The position numbers were made by a program, and so were the translations under genes. From Elsinoe ampelina (taxonomy: Eukaryota): a stretch of 64,000 bases of DNA. Positions 15,159-28,400 of this stretch are shown here, in pieces. The stretch lies in assembly GCA_010093995.1 (NCBI GenBank), contig ML992504.1, positions 434,001 to 498,000 on the forward strand, in the 5' to 3' direction. The stretch's first letter is position 1. Every line of letters starts with the position of its first letter. Below the pieces are notes generated by a model that worked only from the letters and a program-made list of their open reading frames with translations, searched no databases and was not told the origin of the DNA.

Positions 15159-15649
15159 AGTAAAGGAATAGACTAACTCTTTAGCGTAAAAACTATATAA
15201 GGCACCTTAGGCTATAAACCCTATATAGTTTAGAGACTAACCTAATAATATATAGGTATAAACTAACTAGTTAAGGTAATACCTACGGAAGTTATTATAA
15301 CTCGCTTACCTAATATAGTCTAGTAGTTAACCTAAGTATACCTAAGCGTTAGGCTATCGACGTAAGAGATAATTATTCTAGCTACGAAAGAAGTACTCTA
15401 GCTTCGTTAATACCTACTACGCTTACTAACTACGCCTAGGGATCTTAATCTCTCTCGTTTTAAAGCCTTAGCTAGGTAGAGCTATTTAGACTTCTATAAC
15501 TTATTCTATAGCATGTTATATGTGTTAAAGTCGGCTATATTATTAATGTATATCTAGCTATATAGCTTTATTTTATCTACCGGCACGACGTAAATACTAT
15601 AGTAGATTTATAAGATAGAGTAGACACGCCTACTAGTAAGGGTGTTTCG

Positions 15650-18178
15650 TCTAGCTTACGCGCGTCGATTTGTCTAAGGCTTAATTAGTGTTATACTATG
15701 CTCTTAATTAGCTACTCTATCTAGCCGAGTAGGCTAATATAGATCTACTAGCGCTCCTATATAGTATAGGTGTTAACGCCGGCCCGATCTACTAGACTAG
15801 AAGCTATCCTCTATAGTTATTATAAATATAATACGAGCTAGTAACTTACCTTATAGACTATTAGGTAATACTCCGTTAGTGCCTTTATTGTTTATTATCT
15901 ATTCTTATACCTAGAGCTAGTCTTGCCTCTTATTGCTATATATCTCTTACTATTTAGTTATACACTAGATAAAGTCTTATTCGTCTATATTAGGATTATT
16001 AGAATTATAGTCGAATAGTTTTCTACACTTTAAAGAATAGTAGAACTTAACGTAGAGGTTACTTACCTAGGAAGAATCTAGTTCGAGTCTATTAGGATCT
16101 AGTTCGGCGTTAAACTAATTAGGGTATTTAGTTCTCAAGTTAGAGCCTATATCGGCTATACCTTAATAAGCCTCGCGGACAAACACCGCTATTACTTACT
16201 ATAGTAATAGCCTAGGTGGCATGTTAATAAGCACCTCTAGTTCTCTTACTATATGCTATATAGCTCCCCTCTTAGCACTAGGCTAGCTAAACTAAGAAGT
16301 GACATTTACTATATCGCTTACGCTAACTAGCGTACTTTAGATCTTAATTAGTTTAGCAGCCGATAGCCTAACTAACTTTAAGGGGTTATTAAATACTACT
16401 AATATATTTACTAGTTTAGTATTATAAGTAGTAACTTAGTCTTTCTATCTAGCCTTCTTATTTGTAAGTTTAAAGGCGTCCTTAATAAAGTATATATAAT
16501 TATGCTCTAAATAATTAGAATTAAGGCTAGTAACTACTCTAAAATTATAAATAGCCTTTAAAAAATGTATTATTAAGTACTATTTCGGAAAGTTAAAGTT
16601 ACTCTCTTCTTTCCTATTACTATAATAGGCCTAGAAGGTTTCTTTATACTTATTTATTCTAAAGAGCGCAAGGTTAATATACTAGAGTATATCGTTATTA
16701 TAGGTCTTATAGTTTACTAGTAATATAAAGTCGACTAGTACGCGTATAAACTTAATAGCTTAAGGCGCCTTAACCTCCTCGAGTAGTAGTATAAATACTA
16801 GAAGTATCTAGCGTACGATACTCTTCTACTCTTAACCTGTCTATTACTTAATAGCTAAGTAGTACAAGAAGTGTCGGATGCTAGGAAACACTAGTATACT
16901 ATTAAAACACTTATTAATAATATTAAGTATAATCTTCTTTACCGAGCGCTAGTAGCCTATTTACTATATAGTCTCTCTAGCCTTTATATACCGTAGTAAT
17001 CTCTATATAGGTATTAAATCCTAGAGCAATTTTTAAGTCTAGTGTAAGATATATATTAAAACGCCTTTAAGAAGTTAGTGTAGAATATCTAGTACTATCG
17101 CGTAGTAAATATTAGTATACGGAAGATCCTATATAAAGCAACTAACTATATAAATCTAAGAGCTTATATCTATCTTCTTACTCCGCTACTAACTCTCGTA
17201 TACTTCTCTCTATAAGCGCTATTATTACTACGTAGAGTAGTAAGTTCGGAATAGTATAGTAACTACTAGGTCCTCTCTTTCGTCCTTACCGATTAGGCAA
17301 CTTATATAATAATATAGTAACTTTATACTAGTTATAGTAACCTATTCGGCGTAATTCGTAGATATAGTAGCAAGTATAGAGAAGTACCTCTATCTCTTTC
17401 TATTCGTATAGAAGATTATTTCGCCTTCTCTTAAGTAGTAATTAATAATAGTGTTAAAGATTTTCTTTATATAAGCGTAGTAGGTCTTCTCCTTAACGAT
17501 ATTACTACTATCTTTAATAATAGAAAGTAAGCTAATTAGTAACTACCCCGGCTAGTAGTTGCTATTATATACTTTTACCTTTAGGTTGCCTAATAATAGA
17601 TAGATAGCATATGCTATAAGATCTCCTTAATAGTTTGTTACCTAGGTCTAATTACTTACGACGATTAATGGAATAATAGTAGCCTCTAGTATCCTAAGTC
17701 GCTTTTATGTATTCTACTACTAGTTGTCGCTTGCTATTTCGGTGTATACTTGTTATAGTAGCTTACTCTCGACAGCTTCTATAAAGACTCTATATAGGCT
17801 ATAGTCTATATCTACTACGAAACTACGATAGCTAAGTAAGAAGCGTATTGCTATAAGAATATTTAGATACTAGAACGTGTGTCTTTTAGGCCTATAATTA
17901 GTGTTTAGTATAAAGCTTAAGGTCTACTAGCTATTAATACCTCCGCTTGTATCTAAATTCTCTATCTTCTTTATTAGTTTATTCGTAGTTTGCTAACTAA
18001 GGCTCTTTACTAGAGGTTATATATATAGGTCTTTAAGCAATTACGTAATTATAGCTCTACTAAGTTTCTCCTTTATAAGCTACTAAGTAAGACCTACGTC
18101 TATGCCGCTAATAAAGACTTCCTTTAGTTAAGTCTCGCCTAACTAATTATAATTTATTTTATCGTCGGTATTAGTATA
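15650..18178 (-). pseudogene. Plavaka transposase relic
   Basis: Literal 'VYTEIASDN***NT*KRL...ATIIPLIVVSN*T*VTN' matches the Plavaka consensus RVYSEM.TGDWWW.TQ...GATI.PII..SDKT.LT (~17640-17750). Literal 'DILH*LLKG' = DILHQL.KG (~17063-17090). Ends approximate. Confidence 0.85.
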
Positions 18179-21100
18179 TATATTATAGACTTAGAGAGAT
18201 CTAGACAAGATTAGTTAACGCAAACTAAGAATAAACTATATCTATAACTAACTCTTCGCTACTAGCTAGTATACTAGTAGCTATCTTAAACGTAGTATAA
18301 TTAGATATAGCTCTACTAGATAAGGACAACCTTCTAGTACTCTGCTCTATAGACGTGCTACTAGTTGTACTTACTATAATTACTTACTCTTTCTCGTATA
18401 TGCCTCCTGTTATAACCTCGTTTATGCTCTTCTCTTCCTTATATACGTCGCTATCGAGCCTACTATTACTATTACTGTCTGTTCTACGTACTAGAGGTTA
18501 AGGGTCGAGGTTAGTAAAGAGACTAAGAGGATTATCCGCTATACTATACTATATAGTAGGCAAAGGGGGAAGGACACTCTCTACTAGCTATAGACTTTTG
18601 TTTCTACTCTAGTGTTTAGTTTAATTCTTAGTTACTATTATTTGTAGCAGAGTAAAGTAGACTAGTAAGTTATTTAGCATTAGTAGACTATATCGTATAT
18701 TACTAGTAATACTACCTCGTTAGCCTTTATTAGACAGTAAGCGCTCTCCCTTATTAAATAAGTAAGAATTGTTACTAGTGTTGTCTCTACGTAGATATCT
18801 ATCGCTATATTACTCTAGTAAGACTTACGCTATGTTACTTATTAGTAGCTCTCTCCTCTAGTAATACGGCAGATGTTAGATAAGGCCTCTACTAGATTAT
18901 ATAATCTTCCCGTAGGCTAAGTATTTACTAATTTGCCTTAGTATATTTATGTTTATCGCTTAAGATCTAAATTTGTAGTTAGAGTTAGCTAGCTAAATTT
19001 TAGCGATAGTAGGAAGTAGAAAACATTTAGATGCTATATTATATTAGGTAACCTAAAAGATAGTTTAGTATATACGGGGAACTAAATTAGTCCGCTAAAC
19101 TAAAGAATTGCATTTTTAGGTAATATAGTTAGACTATTATCTAGCAATCTTAATTATTATCTATAATAATTATATTCTTCTTTACCGTAGCTTGTTAAAG
19201 TTTCTAGATCTCTACTCTCTACTTCTCTATTTCCTCGTAGATAACCTTCTATATTATTAATAGCCTACTCTATCTACTATTAAGCTATTCTAGAGGCCTA
19301 TAGAATAGAGCTGTCGGCTTTATTATAAACGCCTCTATATAGTTAGCTTTCTAAGACTTAATGTTCCTACGGACCTAAGCTAGATACTAAAGGACGAATT
19401 ATAACACTAACGCTATATTAAGTAAGATTATAGTATCGAAGCGGTTTAGATTAAGACTAGTCTTAATAGCTCTACTCTAGGCAATTAAGATTCTTAAGCC
19501 TTCCGGCCTATTAGGTTTAATAAACGTATTATTAGACATAGCTACGTTAATAATATCTATATAGACAGGTATAGATATTATTCTATAGTAGACAACAACT
19601 ATATTAGTATCCTTATTAATCCTAATTGCTTTACTGTCTAGGTGCTTCTCGAGCTATTTTAGATACTATACCCTTATTAGTAATAACCTAAATAGACTAA
19701 ATAGACCGAACTAACTATTGTAGTAACTACTAGCACTAATAGTGTAAATGTATAGACGATTACTTGCCTCTTTAGCTCCTTCGAATAGGAGACGTTCTAC
19801 TTAATAATCTTAGAAATAATACTACAAAGGACCTTTATCTAAGGACTAGCGTAGATCTTGTCTATATACTACTATAGCGCTATCTCTAAGAGGTCACGTA
19901 TAATTTTATAGATAAACTTAATAGTAAAGTCGCTAAACTCTTCTATAACTACGGGATTGTCCTAGAATATATCTATAAGAGCAAGAAACATAGAGAAAAG
20001 TAGTAGCGGCGTAACTAGGCTTAGTATTTACTCCTTAGTCTTCTTATTAAGGATTATCTCTAATGTTACTTTAGGCTTATCGGATTTGTCCTTTTACCTA
20101 TTAATTGCCTCTTATACACTCTTATCTATATTCCGTTTAATCTTCTTCTATGTATTTATAAGACTATAAAGATACTTATTCTTAATAGTAATCTCTAGGT
20201 CGAAGGTAGAATATAGTAGAACTCTAATAGCTAGTAGACTAGGAGTAGTATTAAAAGGTTTCTAGATATAGTTTATATTTATCTTAATAAGAATATTCGT
20301 AAGAATAGTGCTCTATTTACTAACTGTTACTATAATCTCTTCTATAAACTATATACTTCTCTTTTTATTAAACTTACTAGAGTTATTATTTGCCTTATAC
20401 TATTTGTTAATTACGAAGGCATAGTCTAATACTATTTAGAAGTTAAGCTTGTTAGTAATAGCTTATTAAGTCTTGTCTAGTGTTGTCTTTAGTGTTACTT
20501 AACGTTTGTTGTCCTTAGCCTTAGTTAGCTTCTACTTAGATTTATAGATATAGTTCTTGTTAAATTCTTCTATTCTACTTCTATTTACATTAAGCTTTTC
20601 TAATCTAAAGTTCTTATATATAGCTACTATTAAGAACGCTACTACGTTTAAGTACTTAATAAATAGCGTCCCGCTTATACCTAGTATAAAAGGCCTCCCT
20701 AGTAGTATTCCTAGACAAAACTAAGTCTATGTCTTCTAGCTAGTAACCTAATAGAACTTATTAAAGATAATAGCGGCCTAGTTTATAGGCGTAGACCCTA
20801 GCTTTCTCTCTTGTCCCTTAGGAATAAAGTTCTAATCCTTAGCGTTTATATTGTTCTTACTAAGGAAGTAGTAGATTATAGTGTTGCGAGTAGTAAAGAA
20901 GAACTAATTATTTATCTATAAGGTCCGGGGGTGTTACTTATATATATTAACTAGTTATAAGACTATAATAGTGTTAATAGGCTTACTAGACTTATCTATT
21001 AGCTAAGACTCCTATTAGCGGCAGTCTATAGGTAGATCCTCTTTGTAAATTAAAGTATTTATATTATATACGTTGCTATACTTATCTTCTCGTATAGCTT

Positions 21101-24100
21101 AGAATATTCTCCCTTAGCATAGAACAACCTTTATATTAGGTATAAACTTCTATGTCTTCTACGCCTACTATTTTATTACGTTTAATCCGCTAATAATTAG
21201 ATTATAGCTAATAATATCTATAGAAGCGATATCTAGCTATAGCTCGTTAACTAGTGTCTTTACCTTCCGGTACTTGCTCTACTTATCCTTAGGTATAGTA
21301 GTATAGTTAGTATTCTAGATAACCTTTTTATTTAAGTTCTAAATTAGTAAGAGAAAGAAGAGTTCTATCGGAGTCTTCCTAAATTCTATCTTATATATAA
21401 ATACAAATACTAGATAGCCTTTAAGGTATTTCTTAAGTGTAATAAGCGCTAAGTACATCTATACTACCTTAACTAGATACTTCTTATTCTAACTAAAACA
21501 CTATATACTAGCGTTCGGTAAGTAGATGTCTTTCTTAAAGCCTATAAAGTTATAGACTCTCTCCTAGAACTCTTTAGACTAGTAATCGATTCTAGTATCT
21601 ATAGGGATAAAGCTTTAGTTAGCTAGATTATTACTAGTTTACTTGTCGTTATTATCATTTATAGTATAAAGTTTAACGAAGTTAAGCTACTAAGAGTCTT
21701 ATTAAATATGCAAGTTATAAGCGCTAGGATAGGTATAGATAGCGTCTTAGGGACTAACGAAATATAGTACCTTACTTGCTTCTTACTAGGTATAATTATA
21801 AAGAGATACTAATTACTATCTCGGCATTACTTATAGTATTTGTCTTCTGTTACCTAAGTAGGACAATAGTCGATAGTAGTATTATCCTTATTAGGTAGTA
21901 GAGAGCTAGGTTACTTCTTAGAGGTAGATTTATATAGTAGTAGGCGCTTAGCTAGAGATAGAGAAGCTAGAGGTTCCTCTTCCTCTTTCTCCTAGACTAG
22001 AGTTAATAGCTTCTAACTATTATAATACTAAAGAGAGTTAACTAAGTATATTAGTATATACCTAAGTCGAACTAAGTATTAAACTTATAAAGTACTTCTT
22101 TAGAGAGCNNNNNNNNNNNNNNNNNNNNNNNNNNNNNNNNNNNNNNNNNNNNNNNNNNNNNNNNNNNNNNNNNNNNNNNNNNNNNNNNNNNNNNNNNNNN
22201 NNNNNNNNNNNNNNNNNNNNNNNNNNNNNNNNNNNNNNNNNNNNNNNNNNNNNNNNNNNNNNNNNNNNNNNNNNNNNNNNNNNNNNNNNNNNNNNNNNNN
22301 NNNNNNNNNNNNNNNNNNNNNNNNNNNNNNNNNNNNNNNNNNNNNNNNNNNNNNNNNNNNNNNNNNNNNNNNNNNNNNNNNNNNNNNNNNNNNNNNNNNN
22401 NNNNNNNNNNNNNNNNNNNNNNNNNNNNNNNNNNNNNNNNNNNNNNNNNNNNNNNNNNNNNNNNNNNNNNNNNNNNNNNNNNNNNNNNNNNNNNNNNNNN
22501 NNNNNNNNNNNNNNNNNNNNNNNNNNNNNNNNNNNNNNNNNNNNNNNNNNNNNNNNNNNNNNNNNNNNNNNNNNNNNNNNNNNNNNNNNNNNNNNNNNNN
22601 NNNNNNNNNNNNNNNNNNNNNNNNNNNNNNNNNNNNNNNNNNNNNNNNNNNNNNNNNNNNNNNNNNNNNNNNNNNNNNNNNNNNNNNNNNNNNNNNNNNN
22701 NNNNNNNNNNNNNNNNNNNNNNNNNNNNNNNNNNNNNNNNNNNNNNNNNNNNNNNNNNNNNNNNNNNNNNNNNNNNNNNNNNNNNNNNNNNNNNNNNNNN
22801 NNNNNNNNNNNNNNNNNNNNNNNNNNNNNNNNNNNNNNNNNNNNNNNNNNNNNNNNNNNNNNNNNNNNNNNNNNNNNNNNNNNNNNNNNNNNNNNNNNNN
22901 NNNNNNNNNNNNNNNNNNNNNNNNNNNNNNNNNNNNNNNNNNNNNNNNNNNNNNNNNNNNNNNNNNNNNNNNNNNNNNNNNNNTAAGCTATACTTAAATT
23001 TCTATAGGAGGTCTTTTATAGAGCGGAATATTATTAGTAGCTATACTAGCGCTATTAGGCTAATTCTTAGACATATTACGTATATCTATAAGCTTAGTAT
23101 ATGCTATAAATAAAGCTTAGAATAATATCTAGTAAATAGGTTAAGTAGGTATAGTAGATGTTAAAGAAGAGATCCTATAAAAGTATTATATATTTATAAG
23201 TTTAGAAGAATTAAGGAGAGGATTTATTAATATAGTAGGTCTATATACTTCGTAATATATACTTAACTAAGACTTAACTAAAGAGGAGATATTTAAGTAA
23301 AGAGCGCTTAAAAGAGAGGTTAAAGAGGTTAAAGAAATACTAGAGAGCTATATAAGTTATTTATTTATATATAAGAGAGTATAAACAAAGGTAAACTAAA
23401 GTAATTAAGGAGAGAAGTAACTTAAATTTAGTTAACTTAGGTTAGGCCCCGAACTAAGCATATAGTAGTATACTAGATATAGTATACATATAATAGTAGA
23501 TTACTTAGTTTAGACACTAAACTAAGAGTAACTATAGTCTATGTACTTAGTTACTTTTTATTTTATATGCTATATACACTAAGAATAATATTGTTATGTT
23601 TAGAGTAGATCTTAAGAGATAATAGTCTAATAAATAGAGGGAATATAGTAGTAGTTAACGTAAAATAATTAAATAATATTTTAATAGCGAAACTAGTATT
23701 TATATACGAAGGACAATAGTAATAGAACATAAATAGAAGGTAGTTAGTAGCCTATAGCGGAATAAAGGGCATAGTATATATAGCGTATAGTATAGCTTAT
23801 AGATGCTAGTAAAGGAACAAAGAAAGTAATATACTACTATCTAATTATCTAGACTTTACAATTGCCGTATACGGAATTAAGTAGTAGAGTAGAGTAAAGG
23901 CTATATATTCCGCGGAACGGGCGGTTAATAGTACATTCTACATAATTATAAATGCGCTTTATTCCTTGCCTAGCCCTACTAGGAAGGTAATAGCGAGAGA
24001 GGACACTACTAGTATAGCTCTGCCTATAACGCTCTCTATAGTAAGCTACTATCTAGTAGAAGATAGTAGATATATCTTTACCTACGATATTCCTCTATCT

Positions 24101-24774
24101 CTTCCTCTTTGTTATACTAGTTGTTTCTTCGTAATTCTCCCCTTAATATCCTTATACTATAAGGTAGATAATCCCCGGTAGACGCTAGCTTCTCTACTCT
24201 CTTTACATACGCTAGAACCTCTAGTAGCGCTATCTATAAGATTAGGAGATGCTCCGTAATAGATTTGCTTAGTCGTAGCTACTAGGTAGAGATAGTAGCT
24301 AGTCCTACTAATAATACGTAGCTAGTGTAAAGGAAGCTATAGAGGGTAGTAGTAGTAGAGAGAGAGAAAGAGGTATCGGAGTCTCCTTATATACTCTTAA
24401 GCCTATAGCGGCGTAGTAGGCAAGATAGAGAGGTATACTATAATAGATTTACTCTAGCGTAACTACTAGGTACTAGCGGTAGTTAATTCTATAAACATAA
24501 CATAGCTAGTATAGAGAATACTATTAGAAGTAGTAGCGATAGCGAGGTAGGAGTAAATATTAGAGTTGCTATTATATATATAGTAATAGATAATTATAGT
24601 GTACTAGGCGAGGAATCCGCTACAATAGATAGCTAACTATTATCGAGGTTAAATAGAGAGGAGAGAAAAGGTTATACTAGGGATACTAATACCTATATTT
24701 AGGTTAGTATAAGCGGAGGGCATAAACTAAGGTATTATAGTAAATCGTATCTACAATGTAGTTATATCGCTATA
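18179..24774 (-). mobile_element. Putative mobile unit 1 (~6.6 kb, includes the N-gap) with a relict intron-containing SNF2-like helicase gene
   Basis: Shares ~415 bp of left terminus and ~775 bp of right terminus with unit 2. Helicase motifs (literal -> de-RIP): VFIYKIEFRKT -> VFAHEMGFGKT (~21373-21405); IIFNKFY -> IIFDEFH (~20751-20771); LGISGTL -> LGMSGTP (~20663-20684); TSLNL -> TGLNL (~19447-19462); LA*VRR (~19365-19383). Confidence 0.7.
22109..22983. other. Assembly gap (875 N)
   Basis: Run of n characters. Confidence 1.
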
Positions 24775-24900
24775 AACAGGGTTTATAACGCATTTATAAT
24801 GCTATAAAGATTATAAGTCTCTAAATATACTATATCTAACTTTAGAGAAGAATATAATTAGATAGTATTACATAATTAAGTTCTAAGGAGTACTTAATCT

Positions 24901-25098
24901 AGTTAGGTCGAAATTTTAGGTTATTCTTAAACTTCGAGAGAGAGGACTAAGACATTGTTAGTTTAACGTAATAAACTACTAGCTGTCCCCTACCGGCCGT
25001 AGTTAGGTCGAAATTTTAGATTATCTTTAAACTTCGAGAGAGAGAACTAAGAAATTGTTAGTTCGATATAATAAACTACTAGCCGTCCCCTGCCGGCT
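24901..25098 (+). repeat. 100-bp tandem duplication in the spacer between units 1 and 2
   Basis: AGTTAGGTCGAAATTTTAG... at 24901 and 25001; the copies differ mostly by transitions. Confidence 0.9.
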
Positions 25099-25463
25099 AC
25101 CCTCTACTACTACTATATATAACATACTAGAGATAGAGTAAAGCAACAATTTACACTACTAAATTTAAGCCGAGTAAGCTTCCTACTAGTAAACACTATT
25201 TTGCTATTAGTTAGACTACTATAGCCTTCGCGTGTGTAACTTAGATATATCTTTAGTACTCTTACATAGGTAGAAGTAGATTTGTTAGAACATTATATAG
25301 GGGCTAGTAAGTATATCCTACTAGAAGGCGCTTCTACTACGACGACTTAACTCGAATTAAAATTATCTATTTAAGTTAGTAGCTTGCCTTTTATTAAACA
25401 TTAAAGCGCCGAGCCGAGGGTCCCTAGCTAAGCTATATCTTATTAATTGCTCGGGGCAAAGGA

Positions 25464-28400
25464 TATATTATAGACTTAAGGAGATCTAGATAAGATTAGT
25501 TAATACAAACTAAGGATAAACTATATCTATTACTAACTCCTTGCTACTAGCTAGTATACTAGTTGCTATCTCGAACGTAGTATAATTAGATATAGCTCTA
25601 CTAGATAAGGATAACCTCCTAGTACTCTACCCTATAGATATACTACTAGTTATACTTACTATAATTACTTACTCTTTCTCGTATATATCTCCTATTATAA
25701 CCTTGTCTATGCCCTCCTCTTCCTCGTATATGTCGCTATTAAGCCTACTATTACTATTACTATCTATTCTATATACTAGAGGTTAAGAGTTAAGGTTAGT
25801 AAAGAGACTAAGAGAATTATCCGCTATACTATACTATATAGTAGGTAAAGGGGGAAGGACACTCTATACTAGCTATAGGCTATCGTTTCTACCTCGTTAC
25901 TTAGTTTAGTTCTTATTTACTATAATTCGTAGTAGAGCTAATAGGACTAAGCTATTATATAGCATCAGCGAACTAAAGCTAAAATTGTATCTACGCTATA
26001 GTACTAGACACATCAAGACAGAGTTTACTCTAATATATCTAGGTAATAGAGTTTGTCGGCTATTTCTCGCTTAAGAACAATATTAAATGCTATACTTAAT
26101 TAGCTATTGTCGCGCTATTATTCTTAGTAGAGACTTTTATAGCAATTATAAAACAGAGAGTACTACGTAGGTATAATAATTTTAGCTAGTAAACGATTTA
26201 TAGCTCTTACTATCTTATGTCTCGACTTGTTACTAGTATTGTAATAAGTTAGTTATAAATAGCCTCTATGAAAAAATAGTAATAGCGGTATACGAAGATG
26301 TCTTAGCTATATAACGTTAGGTCGTTTATACCTATAGTTAATCTATTAGGGGTAGTCGATTAGTTCGCTAAACTAAAACTAGCGCTTTTTAGGTGAAAAT
26401 TATAGGCGTTCCCTTAACCGATCTTAATAAGGATAAACTAATAATTTACTATTACTCCTCTATTAATTTAAACAACTACGCTTTTAGTTTATCTACTTCG
26501 CTATATTGTCTTATATAACCTTCTATATTATCGTCGGTGTATTATAGCTATAGTTAACCTACTTCTTTAGCTAATAGGATAGTATAGTTAGCTTAAGCAT
26601 AAACGCTATTATTATATCTACGCTAGCGAATGTTATATTCTCTAAGGCACTATCGGAAGCCTACTATAATAATTAGATCTATATACTAACTTCGTGTTAA
26701 GCGAAGTTATACTATTAAGGCAGAGGTACTAGTACTCTACTTGTTATAGAACTATATACTATTCCTAGTTACGAACTAACTAGCGTAGCCTTCTTAAAGT
26801 AAGTTTACTTTAATATAGCTACCTCGATAATGCCTATATAGCTTACTATAGACTTCTCTCTATAATCGACAATAACGACTTTAGTGCCCTTACTAATCCC
26901 GATAGCTTAGCTATTCGGGATTCTCTTAAGTTATCGTAGATATAGCTCTCTTATTAGTAACAACCGAACTAGACTAACTAAGTCGAACTAACTACTATAG
27001 CTACTACTAGCGCTATAGAGTTATACGTACGAATAATCCCTTACTACCTCTTAGTCTTCTAACTATAGGCTTTCTGTTCTATAATCTTAAGGATAATAAC
27101 ATAAAGGCTCTATATTTCTAATCTAGCGTAGCGCTAGCTATATACTTGTCTACTACTTCGGCTTAGGGTATAAAGTCTAAGGAGTGTCTATAGCCTCTAC
27201 TATAATATTAGTCGATGTTATTGCTCTTCCTATACTAGTAAGGCAGCGGAGTAAATAAAGTAAGCTTATAATAATATCTAGTATAATTACCTCTAGGTTC
27301 CTTTTACTTGTTAAATATAGATATTATTCTATACTACTCTCTCCTATATAGTATCTCTATAATCGTAGTTAAGGTATACTCCTCTATACGTAAAGCAATT
27401 TATGTATATAGTGCTACTAAAGAATAAGATATCTATCCTCGATTAAAACTTTAAAGTCCTAGTTAGAAATATCTTAAACCTAATAAGACATAAAAGTAGG
27501 CGTAGCTACTAGATGTTTTATAATTAGGTTAAGATACATGTCGAGAGAAATAAATAGAAGTCTAGCTATCTATATAGGGACTAATACGAAGATTTCGAAC
27601 TAGAAACAAGAAGTGACTATTATGTTTACAAAAAGGAGACTATAATAGGCTTTAACTATTCTTATATTACCTTTATATAGGCGGAGAGCTACCTCTCGTT
27701 ATATTATATAGTAATATTAAGTTAAATCGTGTCTAGTTTATCCTCTCTTATTCTTTACAATAGGTACGTCTTTACTACCTATAGATAGAGACTAGCTCTA
27801 CTATGTCGAAGCTACCTTCGTTAAGTAGTAGGTATCTAATTCTTTTCTCTTAGTGTAATTGACCTTATATCGAATATTAAGCTTAATACTAAACCTACGT
27901 ATATAGTCGGTAGAGCTATACTAATACTAAGTAGTAATTACCTAACAAGAAGAGGTATAAGATAGCTAGGCGTTATAGTATTCCCTTAAAGGACTTGTCT
28001 ACCCTAACATAAAATAAGTTTATCTCTAGTTTTAGGCTAACTAAACTAACTTAAGTTTATACTTAGTTAGGAGGCGTAACTTAACCTAAAGCGTCTCTAC
28101 TATTTGTCGGGAGGTAGTAGCTAGAACTAATAATAGTTAGTAGAAATTCTTTATTAACTTCTAAGTATACTACGTGTAAACCTCGCTAGTATATAAGAGT
28201 AAAGCCTAATAACTATATTAGTAGTAACACCTACGCGCTCCTTTATAGTACTATACTATTCTTATTTAATTTAGTTAACTCTAAGTTTAGTATAGAACTA
28301 AAACTTATACTATTACTTCTACTATAATAAGAGATAAGATTCTATCCCGCTAACTTGTTTTACTTATTATTAAACGCTCTAGTCTATTGTATCTATAGTA

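Noticed and set aside
18179..25880. The 415-bp direct repeats as LTRs of a retrotransposon
   Set aside because: No gag/RT between them and no 4-6 bp TSD. A second, offset repeat pair shows they are left ends of two units.
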